Assembly: GCA_002269645.1 (NCBI GenBank)
Contig: NIVC01001049.1
Span: 248,001 to 312,000 of the forward strand
DNA: 64,000 nt
Direction of reading: 5' to 3'
From: Macrostomum lignano
Lineage: Eukaryota
Shown here: piece after piece, positions 12,401 through 22,768 of the stretch
Layout of the letters: every line of letters starts with the position of its first letter
Numbering within the stretch: the first letter of the stretch is position 1
Translations under genes and position numbers: made by a program
The notes under the pieces: model-generated
Database searches by the model: none
Told to the model about the DNA's origin: nothing
Seen by the model: only the letters and a program-made list of their open reading frames with translations

Positions 12401-12904
12401 GGTAAAAAGCCGCATCACCCCACAAGGACCAGTCTCGTGAAATCGACAAAAAAGGAAAATCCTTTAAAATAAATTTCCATAAAGCATCAAAATGCAGTCT
12501 GATGAAATGCGTTCGCATCAAGCCAAGGAAGCTCCAGAGAGAAGGTGTTCCCGCCAGCATCCCCGACAAGCAGCAGAGGCCGGTCGGTGGCTGTGAGGTG
12601 CAGCCCCAGGGTGGTAACCTCGTGGCCGTGCTCGAAGTGAGAAACCTGAGTGGGGGTTACAAAAATTGGCAAGAAGTTTGATTAGAAGCGAAATGAAAAA
12701 TCACTGCACGATGCCTGACCTCAACCAGCCGATTTGTCCCGCTCTGCATGCGCCAAATGCTGACTTTCCCTTGAGCAGAGGCCGTGGCCAGGAGCGGCAG
12801 GGCGCCCGTCAGGTCGCTCGTCAGCAGGCTGATGGCTCGTATCGGCCGGGTGTGGCACTGCGGAAAGGGAAACAAATGCTTCCAGGTGTTTTGATCGAAA
12901 AATC

Positions 12905-13605
12905 TGGGTGAGATCGGGTTGAAACCGGAATGAGATCGGAGTGAGATCTAGGTGAGATCGGGGTGAGATCGGTGTGGGATCGGTGTGAGATCGGTGTGAG
13001 ATCGGTGTGAGATCGGTGTGAGATCGGGGTGAGATCGGGTTGAGATCGGGGTGAGATCGGGTGATATCGGGTGAGATCGGAGTGAGATCGGGTGAGATCG
13101 TAGTGGGATCGTAGTGAGATCGTAGTGAGATCGGGATGAGATCGTAGTGAGATCGGGGTGAGATCGGGGTGAGATCGGTGTGAGATCGGGGTGAGATCGG
13201 GATGAGATCGAGGTGAGATCGGGGTGAGATCGGGGTGAGATCGGGGTGAAAACGGGGTGAGATCGGGGTGAGATCGAGGTGAGATCGGTGTGAGATCGGG
13301 ATGAGATCGGGGTGAGACCGGGGTGAGATCGGGGTGAGATCGGGGTGAGATCAGGGTGAAACCGGGGTGAGATCGGGGTGAGATCCGGGTGAGATCGGGG
13401 TGAAACCGGGGTGAGATCGGGGTGAGATCGGGGTGAGATCGGGGTGAAACCGGGGTGAGATCGGGGTGAGATCCGGGTGAAACCGGGGTGAGATCGGGGT
13501 GAGATCCGGGTGAGATCGGGGTGAAACCGGGGTGAGATCGGGGTGAGATCGGGGTGAGATCGGGGTGAAACCGGGGTGAGATCTGGGTGAGATCGGGTGA
13601 GATCT
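12905..13605. repeat. Minisatellite, 11-bp unit gagatcggggt, inside an intron of the TRAF-WD40 gene
   Basis: Direct tandem repeat with ggtgt/gggat/aaacc variants. Confidence 0.96.
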
Positions 13606-14124
13606 TGTGGAAATTCTGGGTGAATTTGGGGAGAAATGGAAAGCATCCTCACTTTCAGAATTGAACTTCAGCCTGCAGCAACTTGAAGCAATATTATAAG
13701 GTTAGAAATTCAGACATCAGATATTAAAAAAGAAACGCATTCACCATAAAACCCGTCAAGACGGGATGAATTTTCGCATCGGAGCCGAGTTTAACGATGG
13801 CGATCCGATTGCGACTTTGGCACCGAAACGCCACAATGGCAACTCCGGGACCGCAGCCTGCAGCGCACGCCTGAATCACTGGAGAAGCATCCGCCGCCAT
13901 CTCGTCGAAGCACTGGAAGGTTCGCCAGCCGCTGACAGCCATCCTGCCGTCCTGAGCCGTGTGCAGCTGAGCGGAGCGGAGCACAGGGCTACTGAGCTGG
14001 CGGGCCAGCAGCCACCCGGGCTCCAGAATCGGCAAAAACATCGGCGGGCCAGCCAGAGGGTCGAAACCGGTGAGCCCAAGCAGCGGCTGAAGACCTCCTT
14101 CGGCTGGCACCAGTGCGAGGCTTC

Positions 14125-17100
14125 TGAGGTGCCGGGCGTGTTTTGATGTACTGCACTGCACCTGACTCACCTGAGTCCAATTATGAGTAACTCTAACTAG
14201 CCAGCCAGCCTAACTAACCAAACCGGCCTACTCCGGTGTACGCTGCTCTGCGTACTTTTTCTCTCTCTCCCCCTTGACATGATAATATTCAGTAGTGATC
14301 GATTCTGAGTTTTAAGCCCACTTACTTGTTGTCTTTTAAGCCTATATATTGGTCTCGCCACCTACCACCTCGTATCTCACAATCATTGCAATAATTCGCT
14401 CATCTCAAATACACAACTTCGTACTTGACTCAAACCAAGCCCACGGGCGGCCTTGTCATCGTTTACTGGGCGCGACTTGACAATGGCGTCGCAAGCAAAC
14501 AACTCCGAACTAAACTTGGATGACCCAGACACAGCCGAAGCCTGGCTGCTCAGCTTTGCGGCTGCCGCACGAACCAAGAAACTGACGGACACAGAAGAAG
14601 ATCGGCAGATCACCGATCTATTCCTCGCCAGGGCAGGTCTCAAGGCACTGAGAACGCTGTCCCTCATGGCTGCCCCGACCAGCCTGGAGAAAAAAACATT
14701 TGAACAAATTCGAGACATCATCAAGGAGACAATCCGGCCCAAGAAGCGCCTCGATATTGCCGAACGAGCAAAATTCCTCGCCCTCAGGCAGGACCCAAGC
14801 GAAAGTGTCGCCTCCTACTACCGCCGACTCCGTGCAGCAGCGGCTACGTGTAGCTTTGAGAAGCTCGGGACGAAACAGTCAAGCGAGGACGAGCTCATCA
14901 CCATGCGGCTCGTGGACGGACTCGCCTCTGTGGACCACAAACATAGACTGTTGGAGAGAATGCAAGCTACCGACATGCTGCTGAACGAGGTGCTGCAAAC
15001 ACTTGAGCAACTTGAGCAAATCCGCTGCTACAACACCAGCACCGGGGCCGCTGCCAACACCGAGGCCAGCATCGCCTATGCAGGGCGGCGCGGCACGCCC
15101 CCACAGCCAGCGCCGGACACCAGACCACCGAGGAACATCAGCAAGACGAAGTGCCAATATTGCGGCGGTTTGCACCAGCAAGGCGCATGCCCTGCGTTCG
15201 GCAAGCGGTGCACCGCCTGCAACAAGAAAAACCACTTCGCTGCCGTATGCAGGTCCCGCACCGTGCATCTAGAGACCTGGGAGGAGAACGAAGGCGCCGA
15301 GATGGAGCGAGATACTGCCAACGTCTTCGTCATCAGACCGAAGCGCAGAGAGCGGAACGGCATCTTCCGGCAGGTAAAAATCAACGGCAAGGAGCTGCAA
15401 ATGCAGGTAGATACGGGCGCTGATGTGAGTCTCATTCCACGGGGCCACTGGGAGACACTTGGATGCCCAGCACTGAGGAAATCCAGACGAATTCTGAGAC
15501 AGTTCGACGGATCGATCATAAGAACCCTGGGAGAGTTCACTGCCACGTGGGATGACCAAGAAAAGTTCCGCACAGTCGACTTGGTGGTCACAGCAGCGCG
15601 CAAGTCACATGGACTGCTGGGTCTTGACAATCTGGATTGGAACCCCGAAGGCCAGGCAGCCAGTGCTCAGGATTCCGTAGTTCAACATCTCGATTGTCTG
15701 AAAGGCTTCCAGGCCAGGATCAAGCTGATTGAGGGTGCCAAGCCTTTCTACTGCGCAGCCAGAGCAGTGCCGCTGCACCTGCGTGACCGCGTCAATCAGG
15801 AGCTAAAGCGTCTCGTGACTGAGGGCATCATCGAGCCGGTGACGGAGGGCGGCAGCGAATGGGCGTCCCCGATCGTCTGCGTCCTAAAACCTAATGGCAA
15901 TGTCAGAATTTGCGCCGACTACAAAGCGGGGGTCAACCATCAGGTGTGCGGGGACACCTACCCCATGCCAACCGTCGAAACGATCTTCTCGGACGTTGCC
16001 GGAATGACTGACTTTGCCACTCTCGACCTATCTGACGCCTACTTACAGATCGAGCTCGAGGAGAAGAGCAGGGAGGTCACCACGATTGCAACTCCTTTAG
16101 GGCTGTTCCGCTACACCCGACTAGTGCCTGGCCTCAAGTCAGCATCCGCCATCTTTCAAAAGGCAATGGAGACCACCCTCGAGGACGTAAGCGGCAAGGT
16201 CATTTATCAAGACGACATCCTTATCGGAGGTCAATCTGCCGAGGGTCTCAAGGCCAAAGTTGATGAAGTAATCAAGACCCTACAGGCGGCCGGCATGAAT
16301 ATAAATCTCGCCAAATCCAACCTGGGGGCCAAGACAGTCAAGTTCCTGGGCTACAGAATCAGCGCAGACGGAATCTCGCCAGACCCCGGCCTGGTCAGCA
16401 AAATCATGGAGATCTCCGCGCCACGCGACCGTCGCCAGTTAGAGTCGTTCCTTGGTCTCTGCAATTTCTTCGGAAGGTTTGTCAACAACTATGCGCACGT
16501 TGTCGAGCCTTTGAACCAGCTGCGCAAGAAGGGAGCGGAGTTTGTGTGGGGAGCTGCGCAAGAAGCGGCCTTCCACCAGCTGAAGAAGCTTCTGAGCTCC
16601 GGCCCGATCATCCAGCCTTATGACCGAGCCAAAGAGACAACGCTGACGACAGACGCCAGTGAAAAGGCGGTGGCCGCCGTGCTCACGCAGGAAGGGCACC
16701 CCGTCATCTACTTCAGCCGGCGATTGACACAGGCGGAGGCGCGCTACTCCAACATCGAGCGGGAGGCTCTGGCGATTGTTTGGGCGATGGAGAGGGCTCG
16801 ACAGTTCCTTCTAGGCAAGCGTTTCACACTGCGAACGGACCACCGCCCTCTAGAGTTCCTGTTTGGAACAAGACAACAACTCCCCAAGGTCGCCAACGCT
16901 CGACTGCTTCGCTGGGCCATCCGCCTCATGGGGTTCGACTTCGCAATTGAGTACGTCCGAGGAGCCCAAATTCCGCACGCCGATGCGCTCTCCCGGCTCG
17001 ACTTTGCCGACGTTCCGGACGACCAGGCTGAAGCTGCGACTCACCACCACCACCTGGTGCATTGGGCTGGTGAAAGCGTCATTGGTTGGAATGAGCTAGC

Positions 17101-18757
17101 AGAGGAGACAAAACGTGACAGGCTGCTAGCAGATGTCATGCGCAGGATAGCCGGAAATCGCTGGTCGGGCTGCTCCCCTGCAGAGCGGCCCTTCAAGGCA
17201 ATTCGTCACGCGCTTACAATAGACGACTCGGTAGTGTGCTACGGAGACCGGCCAGTCATTCCCTCGTCTTTGCGAAGCCGCGTCCTGGAGTTGGTACACA
17301 GCGGGGCGCACCCCGGTGCCTCGAGCACACGAGCGCTGGTCCGCAACTCCGTCTGGTGGCCAGGCTACTGCGGCGACGTGGAAGGATTCGTCCGTGCCTG
17401 CCACACCTGCGCCAAGCAACGCCAAAGCGGCCACAGCAGCGTCCATCAATGGCCGGCCGACTCTGAACCCTGGGGACGCGTCCACATGGACCACGCTCAC
17501 GTCCCAAAGGTCGGGCTCCTGCTGGTCCTGGTCGACGCCATGTCCGCCTGGCCGGAGGCCGTCCGAGTGCCGGACAAGAGCGCCGCGACCGTCAGGAAGG
17601 TCCTCCAGGAGGTCTTCGCCCGCAATGGAGTTCCCCGAACCCTGGTGAGTGACAATGCTGCTGAATTTCATGATGAAGGGTTGGTGAGTTGGCTGAGCAG
17701 AATTGGCTGCCGCGCTGTGAAAACTCCGCCATACCACCCCCAGTCGAACGGCCTGGCTGAGCGCATGGTGCAGACGATCAAGGTGGCCTCGGCGGGCTGG
17801 GACCAGCAGGAGTCGTACGACGCGTTCCTCGCGCGGATTCTGCTAAACTACCGATGCGTGCCGCATGCCGGAAGAGAGTTCAGTCCAGCGCAGCTGATGG
17901 GCAGGCAGCTGCGGAACCCCATCACCATGAGAACAGCAATCCGGTCCGAGGTGTGGTACGCCCCAAGGAGAGGCGCGATCCCGGAAAAGGCAGAATTCCT
18001 AGCGCAGAAGGGATCCAACACGGCGCTGATCGTGCGACAAGGCAACAGAGTCACACTCGCCCACCTTGACCAACTTCGGCGAAACGAGCCTGACAACAAT
18101 GAGGGCGGCGCGACTGCGACAACCGACCTGAACGGCAACCTCCGCTCCGAGGGGGCGGCGAAGCCCGCCGACCTGCCAACAGTGACGCCCGGCAGCGACG
18201 GACCTCCGGTCTCGGCCACGTCAGAGCAGGTGGAGAACCAGCCGGCGGCGAGCTCAGTCCCGAGTACTCCCGAGTCCGGTGGCCACAACCGCTTAGCGGA
18301 GAGCAGAGCCGGAACTGACAAGGCGACTACGGCTCAGAGACCGAGCTACAACCTCCGAGCGAATCGAGGCGTGCCCCCGTTGCGATTCGAAGGGGGAGAT
18401 GAGGTGCCGGGCGTGTTTTGATGTACTGCACTGCACCTGACTCACCTGAGTCCAATTATGAGTAACTCTAACTAGCCAGCCAGCCTAACTAACCAAACCG
18501 GCCTACTCCGGTGTACGCTGCTCTGCGTACTTTTTCTCTCTCTCCCCCTTGACATGATAATATTCAGTAGTGATCGATTCTGAGTTTTAAGCCCACTTAC
18601 TTGTTGTCTTTTAAGCCTATATATTGGTCTCGCCACCTACCACCTCGTATCTCACAATCATTGCAATAATTCGCTCATCTCAAATACACAACTTCGTACT
18701 TGACTCAAACCAAGCCCACGGGCGGCCTTGTCATCGTTTACTGGGCGCGACTTGACA
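14125..18757 (+). mobile_element. Intact, very young Ty3/Gypsy LTR retrotransposon
   Basis: 358-bp LTRs at 14125-14482 and 18400-18757, identical by eye, TG...CA. 5-bp TSD GCTTC at 14120-14124 and 18758-18762. PBS TGGCGTCGC at 14484; PPT agggggaga at 18391-18399. Confidence 0.96.
14483..18421 (+). CDS. Gag-Pol polyprotein (gag, CCHC knuckles, PR, RT, RNase H, IN), uninterrupted
   Basis: Single ORF of about 1312 aa: VDTGA, WASPIV, YQDD, TDAS, TDHRPL, H-x3-HPG...CHTC, VHMDH, VSDN, NGLAER. Confidence 0.95.
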   Translation: MASQANNSELNLDDPDTAEAWLLSFAAAARTKKLTDTEEDRQITDLFLARAGLKALRTLSLMAAPTSLEKKTFEQIRDIIKETIRPKKRLDIAERAKFLALRQDPSESVASYYRRLRAAAATCSFEKLGTKQSSEDELITMRLVDGLASVDHKHRLLERMQATDMLLNEVLQTLEQLEQIRCYNTSTGAAANTEASIAYAGRRGTPPQPAPDTRPPRNISKTKCQYCGGLHQQGACPAFGKRCTACNKKNHFAAVCRSRTVHLETWEENEGAEMERDTANVFVIRPKRRERNGIFRQVKINGKELQMQVDTGADVSLIPRGHWETLGCPALRKSRRILRQFDGSIIRTLGEFTATWDDQEKFRTVDLVVTAARKSHGLLGLDNLDWNPEGQAASAQDSVVQHLDCLKGFQARIKLIEGAKPFYCAARAVPLHLRDRVNQELKRLVTEGIIEPVTEGGSEWASPIVCVLKPNGNVRICADYKAGVNHQVCGDTYPMPTVETIFSDVAGMTDFATLDLSDAYLQIELEEKSREVTTIATPLGLFRYTRLVPGLKSASAIFQKAMETTLEDVSGKVIYQDDILIGGQSAEGLKAKVDEVIKTLQAAGMNINLAKSNLGAKTVKFLGYRISADGISPDPGLVSKIMEISAPRDRRQLESFLGLCNFFGRFVNNYAHVVEPLNQLRKKGAEFVWGAAQEAAFHQLKKLLSSGPIIQPYDRAKETTLTTDASEKAVAAVLTQEGHPVIYFSRRLTQAEARYSNIEREALAIVWAMERARQFLLGKRFTLRTDHRPLEFLFGTRQQLPKVANARLLRWAIRLMGFDFAIEYVRGAQIPHADALSRLDFADVPDDQAEAATHHHHLVHWAGESVIGWNELAEETKRDRLLADVMRRIAGNRWSGCSPAERPFKAIRHALTIDDSVVCYGDRPVIPSSLRSRVLELVHSGAHPGASSTRALVRNSVWWPGYCGDVEGFVRACHTCAKQRQSGHSSVHQWPADSEPWGRVHMDHAHVPKVGLLLVLVDAMSAWPEAVRVPDKSAATVRKVLQEVFARNGVPRTLVSDNAAEFHDEGLVSWLSRIGCRAVKTPPYHPQSNGLAERMVQTIKVASAGWDQQESYDAFLARILLNYRCVPHAGREFSPAQLMGRQLRNPITMRTAIRSEVWYAPRRGAIPEKAEFLAQKGSNTALIVRQGNRVTLAHLDQLRRNEPDNNEGGATATTDLNGNLRSEGAAKPADLPTVTPGSDGPPVSATSEQVENQPAASSVPSTPESGGHNRLAESRAGTDKATTAQRPSYNLRANRGVPPLRFEGGDEVPGVF

Positions 18758-21149
18758 GCTTCTGTTGGTGAGGGCGACAATGGCCTGAGCGGATTCGGGA
18801 ACTGCGCACATGGCCGCCACAGGTGAGTTGCCTTGAGGCAGCTCCGCCTGTCCAGTGCTCAAGAGGTGCTCCAGCTCAGCATCAGTGTCGCACAGATACC
18901 CCTCCGGGCACCGGAGTCGCACGAGTCCATTCAGATTCTCCCAGCTGGCCAACAGAATGTCAGATGCCGGAGACACCAGACAGAAAATTGGACCCCAACT
19001 CGCAGGGGCCCGGACTCGACTCTGGAGACGCATTGAGTCGAGGTGCCACAGCACCGCGATTCCGTCCGCGCCTCCCGAAACAAAAATCTGCCGCCCGTCT
19101 AGAGAGCAGGCAGACGTGACTCGGCCAGCATGGCCCCGACTGAACACCAGCTCGGACAGCAGCTGTTTCGGCCTGCCCAGCATTCGGACAGGCGAGTCGG
19201 CAGCAATGGAGTTGCAAATTGGCTAAAAATGTGGAATGAGCTCAGTGACAGGACTTTCGTCTAAATGAATAAAGATGCAGATGAGTTAAAAAATCGCAAA
19301 GCAGCTCACATTCTGCAACTGCAGAGCTCCACCCAACGCATGCGGCCTGTGAAGGAACGATGCAGAGCTCACAGGCGATTCTACCGGATCTTGGCAGGGG
19401 TCTCGCGGCACGGAGGCCAGCTGTGCGTCGTGTCGGCTTCGGTCGCCCACAGGAGCGTCCATGGCCTGCCGTCGGCCACTGAAAACAGCTGACCAGCGAT
19501 GAAAGGAAATTTTTGAGTAGCAGTGCATAAAATTTGTCTCAATAATAGAATTCCTTAACCCTACACCATACTGACATACCAGAATTCGAATGAGATATCG
19601 CTGTCTGCTTCAGTTTCGAGTCCATGAGCTCAAGGTGAGAGTCCACGGTTTCCCTGTAGTGCCTCTCCAGACCGGACCTGCGCACCATCGCCCTGCAGCC
19701 CAGGTGAGAGTACTTGCACTCTACCGGTCTCTCGGGACACTCCGACAGGTGAGCAACATATCCCCGCCTGTCCATCGGTGTGCTCCGCTCCGAGCAGTGA
19801 GGACAGCGAGCTGAGAATCTCGGACAGCACACATCGGACTGCAGATTCCTGTGACTGGTCTCCATCTCGCTGTGTGTGACCAGCTGAGAGCACAGGTCGC
19901 AGGTCTCCTTCCTGTGGCGACACTCGCTGCTGGTGTGTCGCTGCATGTCCTTCTTCAGGATGAGCTCTTTGCACTGCTCACAGCGGAGTGAGTGCCAGTC
20001 GCAGCTCTGTTGCACATGCTGGTCCATGCGAGCCCATTCGAGTTGGACAGAGCAGCCGGCGTCGCAGTTCGGACAGCGGACTCGCAGCTTGGCGACCTCG
20101 CGTCTCGTCGCCATGTCGGGAAAGCAGGTAGCCTGGCTCACCTTGATCTCGACCCCGCCGCCAGCGTCCTCCTCCGAGTGGTGGTCTCTGAGTGTGCAGG
20201 CCTCGGTGTGTTCGGGACAGGGCCGCTTCTCCACCTCGTGCAGCAGGCCGGTGACGCAGGCCTGGCACAGGCGGCACCCATGCGGAGTCTGTCGGGCGTT
20301 GAAGAGCGGCTTGGAGCAGCTGCTGCACTGCAGGTGAGCCGGTAGATCGGAGACCGGCCTCGCTGCCGACACTCGCTGGGGAAGTTCCAACTGGTGCATG
20401 TCTGGGAGAGAGGGCTTAGTTTATTATAAACTGCTATGATATTGTCAGATTGCCTGAAAATCTGTTGGTTTATTTGCTTTTCTTCTTCAGTTGGAGTTTT
20501 CTGAAAGTTCAGATATAAAACTTTATGCTTGGGGGGTGGTGTCTTTTTGAAACCAAGTACTTTTCCTTTGTCAACTGAGATTGCGGCGTCACCTTCCATT
20601 AGCGGACACAAAACAACGTGTAGTACCGCATCGCTACATTTCTATCATATGGCAATAGAAAATCAAAACAACAAAGTCTATAGCGTCAGTTTCTCCCATG
20701 TAATAAGAATTTCTCCCCAGTCTCACAGTCACCATGAAGCTGCAGTAGAGAGCGCGGTAGCCTTTGTTCTAGATCACTAAGTATACAGTATTTAGGAGCG
20801 CGCCAGATTCAAGCTAAAATGCATTCCGCTTGGTGCACTGCATACAAAACTACCCTGGATTGTTATACGAGCTAAAAACTTTCCTGGATTGAGCCCTGTG
20901 CTATTTTTATCACGGCGTGTGATTTATTGTTAGAACCATCACACACTTGTCTTTGGGAAGTTCCGACTGAGACATGCGTCACTGAGAAGGGCCTAAATTT
21001 CTATAACAAAATAAATAAACCGCAGTGGTATTGTCTGATTGTCAAAAGCGTCGCAACGGTTGTTGGGCGACTGCGACTCGTTGCCTCTTCTGGCTGTCAT
21101 CCAGATGATGCGGCACCCATCGTGCAGTGACCCTCTGCAGCCCCAGGTC

Positions 21150-21450
21150 CTCTATGAGAATTCAGTGGATGCTGGATGAAGGAATTCCACTGAGTTCTGC
21201 CCTTTCTTCGCACATCCCATCGCGGATCGATTACTAGCAGACCACCGATGAGCTCGAGGTTGTTCTCGGTCCGCAATTCCCAAGTGTCTCCCGGATCTTT
21301 GCTCGTCCACGCTCGAAGTGCAGCCGCTCTTGAAGCGATCGCACCGCTTGCACACAGCGCTGGCACACTGCATCCCTGCCGTACGCGTCTACAAGCTGCC
21401 GGTGGACTTGTGCAGCTGGTGTTCCTTGCAACCATTCAATTTTTATGCAA
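21150..21450 (-). mobile_element. Degenerate mariner/Tc1 transposase N-terminal fragment
   Basis: QGTPAAQVHRQLVDAYGRDAV, then shifted frames CDRFKSGCTSSVDEQRSGR and TENNLELIGGLLVIDPR, follow the mariner HTH pattern. No TIRs identified. Confidence 0.6.
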
Positions 21451-21794
21451 CATCGCCTTGGCTTTATCCTTGGCTTCTACAGATCCATTTATTCAAACAG
21501 CAGTTTGATCTTGAATAATGGAAATAAATTTTAGACGATTTTAAAATTTTGTCTAATTCACACTGGTCCTGCTGATCCCTTGCGCCCTCCCCTCCTCCGC
21601 GCCGCGCTCCGCCGCATGCCGTGGGGTTTTTAACCTCTCCTATTTTCAGGCTTGGCCATGACGCTGCGTTCCTGCGCTGTTTGGAATTTTATCTAAACTT
21701 TTACAGCCTATCGAAAAAAATTTCTTTAGAAACTGGAGTCGGTTTGGGTGCCTGAACTTAAAGCAGAGAATTTAACGAACTTGAAAACTCTGAG

Positions 21795-22768
21795 AGGGCG
21801 TCAGCTACAGAAGAGGCGCCAGCTACAGAAGGGGCGCCAGCTACAGAGGGGCGCCAGCTACAGAGGGGCGCCAGCTACAGAAGGGGCGCCAGCTACAGAA
21901 GAGGCGCCAGCTACAGAAGAGGCGCCAGCTACAGAGGGGCGCCAGCTACAGAAGAGGCGCCAGATACAGAGTAGCGCCAGCTACAGAAGAGGCGCCATCT
22001 ACAGAGGGGCGCCAGCTACAGAGGGGCGCCAGCTACAGAGGGGCGCCAGCTACAGAAGGAGCGCCAGCTACAGAAGAGGCGCCAGATACAGAGGGGCGCC
22101 AGCTACAGAGGGGGCGCCAGCTACTGAAGGGGCGCCAGCTACAGAGGGGGCACCAGCTACAGAAGAGGCACCAGCTACAGAAGAGGCGCCAGCTACAGAA
22201 GAGGCGCCAGCTACAGAAGAGGCGCCAGATACAGAGGGGCGCCAGCTACAGAGGGGGCGCCAGCTACTGAAGGGGCGCCAGCTACAGAGGGGCGCCAGCT
22301 ACAGAAGGGGCGCCAGCTACAGAAGAGGCGCCAGCTACAGAAGAGGCGCCAGCTACAGAGGGGCGCCAGCTACAGAAGAGGCGCCAGATACAGAGTAGCG
22401 CCAGCTACAGAAGAGGCGCCATCTACAGAGGGGCGCCAGCTACAGAGGGGGCGCCAGCTACAGAAGAGGCGCCAGCTACAGAAGAGGCGCCAGCTACAGA
22501 AGGAGCGCCAGCTACTGAAGGGGCGCCAGCTACAGAGGGGGCGCCAGCTACAGAGGGGGCACCAGCTACAGAGGGGGCACCAGCTACAGAAGAGGCGCCA
22601 GCTACTGAAGGGGCGCCAGCTACAGAGGGGGCGCCAGCTACTGAAGGGGCGCCAGCTACAGAGGGGGCGCCAGCTACAGAAGAGGCGCCAGCTACAGAAG
22701 AGGCGCCAGCTACAGAAGGAGCGCCAGCTACAGAGGGAGCGCCAGCTACAGAGGGGGCGCCAGCTACA
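21795..22768. repeat. Minisatellite, 17-18-bp unit agctacaga(a/g)g(a/g)ggcgcc
   Basis: Direct tandem repeat; it explains the ORFs at 21748-22872. Confidence 0.96.

Larger units (their letters stand above)
12487..20399 (-). pseudogene. TRAF-like copy 1: RING/TRAF zinc fingers fused to WD40-like repeats (about 711 aa reconstructed), exon 3 disrupted by an LTR element
   Basis: Exons 20399-19580, 19488-19310, 19222-18758 + 14119-13745 (split by the insertion), 12857-12720 and 12645-12487. All GT-AG with matching phases, 2136 nt total. WD-like segments GHAGRVTSAC...FVSGGADGIAVLWHL and CHTRPIRAISL...LATASAQGKVSIW. Confidence 0.72.

Noticed and set aside
12487-20399. Calling the fusion gene a true TRAF7 ortholog
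   Set aside because: The architecture is similar, but exon 1 is near-identical to the local paralogs and I see no TRAF7-specific sequence. Orthology needs a phylogeny, so no symbol was given.
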